From a bacterium (GTDB lineage Bacteria > UBA10199 > 2-02-FULL-44-16 > JAAZCA01), in the NCBI GenBank assembly GCA_963674695.2, contig CAXXGI010000003.1:352001-416000 (forward strand): a stretch of DNA of 64,000 nt. The letters are read 5' to 3'. Made by a program: the position numbers and the translations under genes. The notes under the pieces are model-generated. The model did no database searches, was not told the origin of the DNA, and saw nothing but the letters and a program-made list of their open reading frames with translations. Of the stretch, positions 49,397 through 57,716 are shown in pieces (the stretch's first letter is position 1; each line of letters begins with the position of its first letter).

Positions 49397-50658
49397 TGAA
49401 GCCGCCGGGTATCTCCACAAGCCTCATGGCGCTCACCCCGACCGAGCTTCCGGGGATGGACGATGGCGCGTGGGTGACGGCGATTGAGCTCTCCTCCGGC
49501 GATGATGCGGGCATGACCGTCGTCGAAACGCCAGTTGCAACGCCGATGACCGCGATTTCGTATGAGGCGCCGTCGCAGAATATCTTTGCACGCGCCTGGA
49601 GCCGCCTGCGCCAGGGAACGACCGCTCGTCCGCGAACGACGCGCGATGGATGGATCACACCAGAGGGGACGACCTCACCGGCGCTTTCAGCCGCCTATAC
49701 GCTGGCCGCGTATATCGATCCCGACAATCGCCCGCGCCAGAGCTCGATTGCGGCGACGATGCTGCGTAGTGCGCGGCGTGCGGCGAACATCCGTTTGCAG
49801 AAAAGCATCCGTCCGCTCGATGTCGCCGAGGTGGCGGCTGTTGGGTTTGAACTCGAAATGACCGATGCCTTGCTCGATGAGATCGGTGTGGCTCCCGAAG
49901 AAATCGCCGATTTTCGGGCCCTGGATCGAACGCGATCCCCTGGAACGAGCGGAACGCCGGTGGCCAAGGCGCGCTGGCTCGCCAAGCTCTCGCTCTATGC
50001 GCCGGAGCGCGAGGTGCACTTCTGGCGCTGGGCTGAGCAGGCATCTGCACAGCTCGTTGCGCGCACGATCCTGCGCGCTTCCCTCCCCGACGAACCGCTG
50101 CAAGGGGCACTTAGCCTGGAAGGCGCGCTCATGCTCGCGGGGCGCGAGCGGGCGATGGCGGGGCGCGACCACATCGTGCGCATCGATCATGTGTTGGGCG
50201 CGGTCGCGGCGGTTGGTGGTGCTGCATCCATTTCATGGCCGGAGTTGGCCAAAGTCTCGGAGCTGCCGACACCTCTCACCGATGCCACGCGCGCATGGAC
50301 GGAAACGAGTGCGGCTCGTCTGCGCAATCAGGATGGGGCCTTCGCGCCGATCGATCTCGTCGAGCGCCTCTACGCCATGACCGACGGCGTGCGCGCGTTC
50401 GAGAAGCGGATGGGGCGGGTGCAGCGCAATAACCTGCGCGTGCACGCCTCGCGCGCTCTCGATCGCGAGACGATCAGCGACACCGACCTCACGCTCCTGC
50501 TCTGGGAGATGCTCGGGCGCTCGAACGTCGATCCGCACGAGGCCGTCCTGATGCACATCGACCGCATCCGCGATGGGGTCTTCGCCCTGCGGGATGAGGC
50601 TAGCCGCGCCCATAACGAGGCCTTTGCCCTGTACCGACGTATCCTCTCTCCACATTGA
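49393..50658 (+). CDS. Family B paralog B2
   Basis: Central ~580 bp identical to B1; ATGA overlap with A4. Confidence 0.8.
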   Translation: MMKPPGISTSLMALTPTELPGMDDGAWVTAIELSSGDDAGMTVVETPVATPMTAISYEAPSQNIFARAWSRLRQGTTARPRTTRDGWITPEGTTSPALSAAYTLAAYIDPDNRPRQSSIAATMLRSARRAANIRLQKSIRPLDVAEVAAVGFELEMTDALLDEIGVAPEEIADFRALDRTRSPGTSGTPVAKARWLAKLSLYAPEREVHFWRWAEQASAQLVARTILRASLPDEPLQGALSLEGALMLAGRERAMAGRDHIVRIDHVLGAVAAVGGAASISWPELAKVSELPTPLTDATRAWTETSAARLRNQDGAFAPIDLVERLYAMTDGVRAFEKRMGRVQRNNLRVHASRALDRETISDTDLTLLLWEMLGRSNVDPHEAVLMHIDRIRDGVFALRDEASRAHNEAFALYRRILSPH

Positions 50659-50712
50659 TGCATTTCTGAATACAGAGAGTCTGTTAGGAAATGACGATTC
50701 TGTCGATTGTTT

Positions 50713-50834
50713 TCATCCCCGCGAATGCGGGGATCTCGATGTGGCGAGATAATCGAGATTCCCGCGTTCGCGGGAATGACATGCTTCAGTATGGGAATGA
50801 CATGCTTCAGTATGGGAATGACATGCTTCAGTAT
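50713..50834. repeat. REP doublet followed by 21-bp tandem repeat (gggaatgacatgcttcagtat) x3
   Basis: tcatccccgcgaatgcggggatctcg...cgagattcccgcgttcgcgggaatgac; tandem units at 50772, 50793 and 50814. Confidence 0.85.
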
Positions 50835-50910
50835 TACGATAATGATTGCACGAAAGGACGTTCTCATTCCCCTCACTGTTCTCTTTTGAGAACGGTTTTT
50901 TTCTGAAAGA

Positions 50911-50938
50911 CGCAACTTTTTTTGCAGCGCTGCGATAA
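50911..50938 (+). promoter_or_regulatory. Putative promoter CGCAAC-N16-CGATAA (operon 3)
   Basis: cgcaac tttttttgcagcgctg cgataa about 55 nt upstream of ATG 50992; the upstream flank is homologous to 34900-34940. Confidence 0.75.
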
Positions 50939-50991
50939 AGAGAGGGTTGAAGAACATTGGTTCTCACTATTGGAGAAAAAGGAGGAATGGC

Positions 50992-52749
50992 ATGAGTGGA
51001 ATCGCGACAGCGCTGAGCAACGCCTATTTCGGAGCTCCCATGTTTTCCCTGCCGGATGCGGCGGATGCATTTGGGATGCGTCTGGATGCTTCGGCTTCAG
51101 ATATATCGGTGGGGCACTCTTTTGATTCTCAGTTTCAGGGCGATGCGTTTGAGGGAGAATCTCAATCCGTTATGACAGCGGTCAAAGAAAGGCCCGATAC
51201 TGCCTCGCTCAAATTCCTTTGTGCTCCGCGCGAACACCACGCGATGGTGGTGAAAAAACAAGGTCAGCCGGTTTCGTTGCCGGATCCAATGGCGGTGAGG
51301 GTTAATGACTTTCCTGAATCGAAAAAGGAGAGGCGCAATTACATCGCGTTTGATGGTAAGGGTCATATCATTGGTGGTGCTAACTTTGCTGTGCTCTGGT
51401 GCTTGGCTGGTTCTATGATGTTGTCAGTTGAAGTGGATGGCGATGATGCATTTCGGAATGCCTGGCCCTATGTTATGCTTGGTGGAAATGTTGCGGCCCA
51501 CATGTTGTTTGCGTTAGTAAACAGTCTCCTAACACATCAGCGGAATTGGGTGCAGCTGTTGGGGAAGACGGTAACACGGTCTAGGCACACCGCGCTACAT
51601 GAACAGCATGCGATGAACGATGTCTCCTCGCATCCGATTATGGAACAAGTCCTCGGCAGCGACATCTCCCAAAAGGAATATCTTAGTGCGCTATCCGTAA
51701 ATCTGCACGAGTGGAACACACTCAATCCCGTCGAGCAGGGCACCTATCTGCGCGCCGATCGACGAAGCGGTCTCGATGTTCAAGAGGAACCCATCGTTCT
51801 GCAATCGCATGGCACTCCCGTCTCTGTCGGTTTTCATCTTCGGCGTTTGCTCGAACGCTTCCACGGACTGGGTGACGTGGGTGCGCAACAGGAGTTAAAA
51901 GAGGCGAGTTCAGAGTTGAAAAAGTGGCATGAAGACTATCGCGTCGGATTGGAAGCGAGGGGCAACGACGACACGGACTTTCGAACGAACGATACCCAAA
52001 TCCCCGAAATGGCGATTGGCGTCAAACTCGCCGACATCCCCACTGCACAGCGTGCGCTGCGGGGCGTGTCTAGAAAGCAATATGAGAGGATGATCAAAGG
52101 TATCATTAAGCAATGGGAAACGCTCAATCCGATCCAGCGCGGAACGCTGCACATCGCCGATCGCCTCATGGGGATTGCAATGGAGGAGCATAGCATCGAT
52201 CTCTCACCGAACTGGTGGACGATATCGCCCAGTTTTGTGGTGAAAGAGATGGTCGAGCGTCTCGGGATGAAAGATGTGTTCACAGATGGTGCGCCCTCCG
52301 ATTCGGCTCTGTGGTATCGGCGCTATAGCGAGTGTTGGGCTCGGGCGGCAACGCATCCCATCGATGTGACGGTGAAGAAGGGCGTTGATTCGTTGTCCGC
52401 CATTTCTGTCCACCTTTTGCAGATTCCTGAAATCCGCCGCGCGCTTCTGAATGTTTCGATGAAGGAGTACCGAACGGTAGTTAGTACCATTGTAGGCGAT
52501 TGGTCCGGAATGAACGTAATCGCCAGGAAATCTCATCTAAATGCGGACCGGAAAAGCGGTTTTCTCTCTGACATCGACCAAATGAATGTTGTTTCCCCCG
52601 GCTTCATCGCGCAGCGTTTCTGCGAGCGCTATCTTGGGATCGGTGAGAATGCTGTGCGCAAACAGTTCAAACTCGATGCCAAGGTCCGCAAGGATCTGGA
52701 GAGCTGGTACACCTCGTACCTGTCCAAACTGAATGGAGGGAACACGTGA
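50992..52749 (+). CDS. Family A paralog A5
   Basis: RBS AGGAGG; MSGIATALSNAY leader; three repeats. Confidence 0.85.
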   Translation: MSGIATALSNAYFGAPMFSLPDAADAFGMRLDASASDISVGHSFDSQFQGDAFEGESQSVMTAVKERPDTASLKFLCAPREHHAMVVKKQGQPVSLPDPMAVRVNDFPESKKERRNYIAFDGKGHIIGGANFAVLWCLAGSMMLSVEVDGDDAFRNAWPYVMLGGNVAAHMLFALVNSLLTHQRNWVQLLGKTVTRSRHTALHEQHAMNDVSSHPIMEQVLGSDISQKEYLSALSVNLHEWNTLNPVEQGTYLRADRRSGLDVQEEPIVLQSHGTPVSVGFHLRRLLERFHGLGDVGAQQELKEASSELKKWHEDYRVGLEARGNDDTDFRTNDTQIPEMAIGVKLADIPTAQRALRGVSRKQYERMIKGIIKQWETLNPIQRGTLHIADRLMGIAMEEHSIDLSPNWWTISPSFVVKEMVERLGMKDVFTDGAPSDSALWYRRYSECWARAATHPIDVTVKKGVDSLSAISVHLLQIPEIRRALLNVSMKEYRTVVSTIVGDWSGMNVIARKSHLNADRKSGFLSDIDQMNVVSPGFIAQRFCERYLGIGENAVRKQFKLDAKVRKDLESWYTSYLSKLNGGNT

Positions 52750-54410
52750 GCGGAATCGCGATAGCGCTGAGTAACGCCTATTTCGGAGCTCCCATGTTTT
52801 CCCTGCCGGATGCGGCGGATGCATTAGCGATGGGTGTGAGCATTTCTGCTGGGGATAGAGGGACGGATCAGTCCTATGTTTCCGAGCCTCAGGCCGATGT
52901 GTTTGAGATGGAAGCGAGCCATGCTCCGGTGGTAGAAATATCGATGAAGCGTGCGGATGCGAGTGCCTCCGACGAAACGGCGCTTTCTTTGCCGTATGTA
53001 CGGGTTGGAAATCTAACGCAACCGCAAAAGGTTTGGAAACCGCCGCGATGGACGTGGAATCCGCTTAGGTTGGAAGGGAGTGTAGAATCAACAAATGGGA
53101 TTGCTATGCTCGGGAGTACGTTGACTGTAGCGTCTTGCTTCATTGCTGAAGAGATGTTGCCAGGGCATGGTCTCTACGTATTATTAGGGGGAATGCTTTG
53201 TACGCTGGGTATTATCAAGGCGGTAGATTACGGGGCACAGTGGAAGCATTCTGTTGACGAATGCCTTCATGAGGTGACGGCTCGCTTGGATCAGGATGAT
53301 GTGGCCAGGATCGCGTTGGGCGACGATGCCATCTCTGATCGCGATTATCGTCGAGCGCTCGGGCAGATTGCTCGTGATTGGATGGCGCTCAACCCCGTGG
53401 ATCAGGCCGCCTACCTGCGGGCCGATCGTTTGAGTGCGCGTGGCCAGGCGCAGGGTGCGATTATCGTGAACAGACAAAAGACGCCGATCTCGACAGGATT
53501 CGCCCTGTTGTACCTGCTCGAACGCTTCCATGGCATGGGCGAGATGGGCGCGCAGCAGGAGATGCATCATTCGTCTCCAATGCTGGAACAATGGAATAAG
53601 GACTACCGATCACAACTCGTGAAGGGAACGGGTGGGGAGACAAAGCTCATATTCAAGACGGAGGATTCCGCTGTTCCCGAAGTGCACATGGCGGTGAAGC
53701 TCGCTGCCATCCCCGCCGCGCGAAGGGCGCTGCGGGGTGTTCCGCGGAAACAGTATGAACGCATGGTGAAGGATGCCATGGCGGAATGGAAAGTGCTCAA
53801 TCCGGTTCGACGTGGCATGGCACACATTGCCGATCGACTCATGGAAAATGTGGGGTCGGACGTTGCGATCGATCTCTCTGCGAATTGGTGGGCGATTGCT
53901 CCTGGATTTGTCCTGAAGGGAATGATTGAGCGCCTGGGAATGACGGATGTGTTCACGGATGGCACTTCACATGATCCCGCTGCATGGTATGCGCGCTATC
54001 GCAAGGAACGTGTTCGTGCGTCGAGTATGCCCCTGTCGATAAAGGGCACCCTGACGGGCGATGCCAAACAGGCGGTTTCGGTTGAACTGATGAAGATTCC
54101 GCAGGTTCGCAGAGCGGTAGCTGCGATTTCGGGAAAGGCATATGACAGGGCGCTGCAAACGCTCGCACAGGAATGGAAAAGGCACAACCCGATTGCAAAA
54201 GCTCGATATGTCGCTTTGGACCGATCGCAGGGGTTGCATGCAAGGGACGATGTTTCCCCCGGCTTCATCGCGCAGCGTTTCTGCGAGCGCTATCTGGGTA
54301 TGGGTGAGAAAGCTGCGCGCGAGCGGTTCAAGCTCGATGCCAAGGTCCGCGACGAGCTGGAGATTTGGTATACATCATATCTGAATGCGCTGAATGGAGG
54401 TAAGGAATGA
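52746..54410 (+). CDS. Family A paralog A6
   Basis: GTGA overlap; first ~25 aa like A5, body like A7. Confidence 0.85.
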   Translation: MSGIAIALSNAYFGAPMFSLPDAADALAMGVSISAGDRGTDQSYVSEPQADVFEMEASHAPVVEISMKRADASASDETALSLPYVRVGNLTQPQKVWKPPRWTWNPLRLEGSVESTNGIAMLGSTLTVASCFIAEEMLPGHGLYVLLGGMLCTLGIIKAVDYGAQWKHSVDECLHEVTARLDQDDVARIALGDDAISDRDYRRALGQIARDWMALNPVDQAAYLRADRLSARGQAQGAIIVNRQKTPISTGFALLYLLERFHGMGEMGAQQEMHHSSPMLEQWNKDYRSQLVKGTGGETKLIFKTEDSAVPEVHMAVKLAAIPAARRALRGVPRKQYERMVKDAMAEWKVLNPVRRGMAHIADRLMENVGSDVAIDLSANWWAIAPGFVLKGMIERLGMTDVFTDGTSHDPAAWYARYRKERVRASSMPLSIKGTLTGDAKQAVSVELMKIPQVRRAVAAISGKAYDRALQTLAQEWKRHNPIAKARYVALDRSQGLHARDDVSPGFIAQRFCERYLGMGEKAARERFKLDAKVRDELEIWYTSYLNALNGGKE

Positions 54411-56068
54411 GCGGAATCGCGACAACGTTGAATAATGCTTATGTCGGAATGCCGATGTTTGCGCTGCCGGATGCGGCGGATGAATTTGCGATGGATGGGA
54501 GCATTTCTGCTGGGGATAGAGGGACGGATCAGTCCCATGTTTCCGAGCCTCAGGCCGATGTGTTTGAGATGGAAGCGAGCCTTGCTCCGGTGGTAGAAAG
54601 ATCGATGACGCATGCGGATGCGAGTGCCTCCGACGAAATGGGGCTTTCTTTGCCGCAGGTGCGGGTTGGAAATCTGACACAGCCGCAAAAGGTCTGGAAA
54701 CCGCCGCGATGGACGTGGAATCCGCTTAGGTTGCAAGGGAGTGTAGAATCAACAAATGGGATTGCTATGCTCGGGGGTACGTTGACTGTAGCGTCTTGTT
54801 TCATTGCTGAAGAGATGTTTCCAGGGCATGGTCTCTACGCATTATTAGGGGGAATGTTTTGTACGCTGGGTATTGTCAAGGCGGTAGATCACGGGGCACA
54901 GCGGAAGCATTCTGTTGACGAATGCCTTCATGAGGTGACGGCTCGCTTGGGCAAGGATGCCGTGGCCAGGCTTGCTTTGGGAAATGATGCCATCTCTGAT
55001 CGCGATTATCGTCGAGCGCTCGGGCAGATTGCTCGTGATTGGATGGCGCTCAACCCCGTGGATCAGGCCGCCTACCTGCGGGCCGATCGTTTGAGCGCGC
55101 GATGCCAACTGGAGGGCCCGATTGTTGTGAACAAGCAAAAAACGCCGATCTCGACGGGATTCGCCCTGTTGTACCTGCTCGAACGCTTCCATGGCATGGG
55201 CGAGATGGGCGCGCAGCAGGAGATGCATCATTCGTCTCCAATGCTGGAACAATGGAATAAGGACTACCGAGCGACACTCAAGAATGGAACGGGTGGAAAG
55301 ACGAAGCTCATATTCAAGACGGAGGATTCCGATGTTCCCGAAGTGCACATGGCGGTGAAGCTCGCCGCTATCCCCGCCGCGCGAAGGGCGCTGCTGGGCG
55401 TTTCGCGGAAACAGTATGAACGCATGGTGAAGGATGCCATGGCGGAATGGAAAGTGCTCAATCCGGTTCGACGTGGCATGGCACACATTGCCGATCGACT
55501 CATGGAAAATGTGGGGTCGGACGTTGCGATCGATCTCTCTGCGAATTGGTGGGCGATTGCTCCTGGATTTGTCCTGAAGGGAATGATTGAGCGCCTGGGA
55601 ATGACGGATGTGTTCACGGATGGCACTGAGCACGATCCGGCTGTATGGTATCAACGATATCTCAATGCGGAATCGGCTCGACCACTGAAGGTTTCAATCG
55701 CAAAGACGATGGATGTCCAGCAAACCGTTGCGGGCCTGTTGTTGGGAATTCCGCAAGTGCGCCAGGCGCTTAAAACGCTTTCGGGTACGACCTATGATAA
55801 AGCTCTGCGTGAACTCGTACGGGAATGGAACGGACAGCACTCGCGCGCCAAGGCGCGATACCTCTCCCACGATCGCTTGCAGGGATTTATAGACAACAAG
55901 ACGGGTACGATCTCCCCCGGCTTCATCGTCCATCGCTTCTGCGAGCGCTATATAGGGATCGGTGAGAATGCTGTGCGCAAACAGTTCAAACTCGATGCCA
56001 AGGTCCGCGACGAGCTGGAGACCTGGTATCGCTCCTATATCAACGCACTGAATGGAGGCACAAAATGA
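54407..56068 (+). CDS. Family A paralog A7
   Basis: ATGA overlap; near-identical to A6 (offset 1661) except in repeat 3. Confidence 0.85.
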   Translation: MSGIATTLNNAYVGMPMFALPDAADEFAMDGSISAGDRGTDQSHVSEPQADVFEMEASLAPVVERSMTHADASASDEMGLSLPQVRVGNLTQPQKVWKPPRWTWNPLRLQGSVESTNGIAMLGGTLTVASCFIAEEMFPGHGLYALLGGMFCTLGIVKAVDHGAQRKHSVDECLHEVTARLGKDAVARLALGNDAISDRDYRRALGQIARDWMALNPVDQAAYLRADRLSARCQLEGPIVVNKQKTPISTGFALLYLLERFHGMGEMGAQQEMHHSSPMLEQWNKDYRATLKNGTGGKTKLIFKTEDSDVPEVHMAVKLAAIPAARRALLGVSRKQYERMVKDAMAEWKVLNPVRRGMAHIADRLMENVGSDVAIDLSANWWAIAPGFVLKGMIERLGMTDVFTDGTEHDPAVWYQRYLNAESARPLKVSIAKTMDVQQTVAGLLLGIPQVRQALKTLSGTTYDKALRELVREWNGQHSRAKARYLSHDRLQGFIDNKTGTISPGFIVHRFCERYIGIGENAVRKQFKLDAKVRDELETWYRSYINALNGGTK

Positions 56069-56568
56069 GTGAAGTGACGCAATCATGTGAGTGTTATGTG
56101 GATCTGACCAAGGCGTATCACACCGCTCAAATGGCGCCGGCGGCATCCATGAGGCGCAGCGAAGAAGAGGATATTCGTGAGCAATTCGAAGCGAATCCCC
56201 CTTCGGATGAATGTAAGGAACAGCTGCGAGCGCTCTTGCAGAATAGTTCCATCACATTTGATCCATCGGATGTGAGTGTATTCTATTCTCGATTTGGTGT
56301 GCGTGGTTGGTGTGAAAAAAGAGTCGAGAATCGGTATGGGAATTCAACGGCTCGCGAGGGAACCTATACCGTGTATAGAGGAACCGTCTGCGACGATCGC
56401 TATACCGACGATCTTTCGATCGTTCAAGATCTTCTGGTCGAGCGAGACCAGGCATTTGAAGAGAATATGCGAACATACCTTCAGACCAACGAGCTCCCCG
56501 TTGGCCATATGCTCTCACGAATGGTCGAGGATATGGGCGATTACCTTCGCTTCATGTTCTCGTTTTAA
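56065..56568 (+). CDS. Hypothetical protein, last gene of operon 3
   Basis: ATGA overlap with A7 and GGAGG RBS. Confidence 0.7.
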   Translation: MSEVTQSCECYVDLTKAYHTAQMAPAASMRRSEEEDIREQFEANPPSDECKEQLRALLQNSSITFDPSDVSVFYSRFGVRGWCEKRVENRYGNSTAREGTYTVYRGTVCDDRYTDDLSIVQDLLVERDQAFEENMRTYLQTNELPVGHMLSRMVEDMGDYLRFMFSF

Positions 56569-56603
56569 TTTTGGGCACATCTAAAAGCTACAATTATTCG
56601 CAT

Positions 56604-56671
56604 TGTCATTCTGAGTGAAGCGAAGAATCTCATGTAAACACGGGGATTCTTCGCTTCACTCAGAATGACAA
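56604..56671. repeat. REP doublet (GTCATTCTGAGTGAAGCGAAGAATC type)
   Basis: gtcattctgagtgaagcgaagaatc ... gattcttcgcttcactcagaatgac; similar element at 61808-61889. Confidence 0.8.
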
Positions 56672-56701
56672 TTCCGAAACAATCGAGTTTATAGAGCTAC
56701 C

Positions 56702-57082
56702 CTATATTCGAATGACTTGCTTTGAAGGGAAGATGCTAAAATCGAATTGTTCAAGGAAGTTCATTTCGATAAGGCCTTCAACGCCCTGTTCCAACAGGGA
56801 ATGGCATGCCACTTCGAAATCGACGAGCCGTTTTCCGAGCGTTTCAAAAGACGCAACTCGAATGCGAAATCCCTCTTCCTTTCCTGCAGCAGATGTGACG
56901 CGAGAGGGCGATGTGGCGTTGGCGGATGAATACCCAATTGTTTCGGCGATACGATGATCGACGATGGTAAGGGAGGCGCCTGTGTCGAGTACAAACCGTG
57001 CCCGAACCACGCCTGATAAGCTGTGCAGCTTGACCGGTACGATAATGAGTCGTTTGTCTACGCTGTATGGGAGATCTGCCAT
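56702..57082 (-). CDS. Retropepsin-like aspartyl protease
   Basis: FVLDTGASLT motif; C-terminal GLIEMNFL (usually GLLGMxFL). Confidence 0.85.
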   Translation of the reverse strand: MADLPYSVDKRLIIVPVKLHSLSGVVRARFVLDTGASLTIVDHRIAETIGYSSANATSPSRVTSAAGKEEGFRIRVASFETLGKRLVDFEVACHSLLEQGVEGLIEMNFLEQFDFSIFPSKQVIRI

Positions 57083-57312
57083 AGGAGGGGGATGTCAGGA
57101 TTTTTGATACGGGCACCGGTGAATTCCATCGCGACATCACCATGCTTCATGACCAGTTTTTTGAGTTCTTTATAGAAGAGGTCCTTGTCATTTGCGTGGT
57201 AGACGACATCCCCATCGACACCACCACTTTCATTGGAGGTGTATTGAACGACGGCTACCCATTCATCCGGATACGCCTGTTTCATCTCTTCCCACGTCAT
57301 GTGCTGTCCCAT
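57058..57312 (-). CDS. Small DUF5678-like protein
   Basis: EMKQAYPDEWVAV..G.VVYHA.DKD pattern; overlaps the protease gene. Confidence 0.7.
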   Translation of the reverse strand: MGQHMTWEEMKQAYPDEWVAVVQYTSNESGGVDGDVVYHANDKDLFYKELKKLVMKHGDVAMEFTGARIKNPDIPLLWQISHTA

Positions 57313-57404
57313 GTGGATCTCCCTGTCGAGCTTCTTCGATAGTAGGCCATGGGTCGTTCACTATCCAAGAAATATTTTGGAGTTCCCAGTCGTTTACTGC
57401 CCTC

Positions 57405-57635
57405 CTGCCTGCCGCGACCGCTTTTCCCGAGGAGCCTAAAGATCTCTTGAAGACATCGTCTGGTAGTGTGTTTGTAGGGGATATCTTCTTTCGTTGCGAT
57501 CGAAGCCCCTGATGCTGCGACGAAAGAAGCAAAGCCGTCGAGGCGGCGTTTGAGCCGAGACGGCGGTCCCCGTAAAACACACTGCCGGACGATGTCTCAC
57601 TTTCACGACGAAGGGAAAGCGGTCGCGGCAGGCAG
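57405..57635 (+). ncRNA. Structured non-coding repeat, copy 3 (diverged, inverted)
   Basis: Nested stems with compensatory changes relative to 33429-33669; mismatches read as G-U pairs on the + strand. Confidence 0.55.
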
Positions 57636-57716
57636 TCGTCCGGCCTGCAGTTGTTTGGTCTGCAGTCATCCTGCTTCCTTGTCTTTGCCCGCATTTCCCG
57701 GCATAATGCCGTCATC

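Noticed and set aside
50772-50834. CRISPR-like array
   Set aside because: The units are contiguous with no unique spacers, and there are no cas genes.
33998-56568. Diversity-generating retroelement as the source of paralog variation
   Set aside because: There is no reverse transcriptase in the window. The repeated 3' blocks are all inside intact genes and their differences are not evidently adenine-specific.
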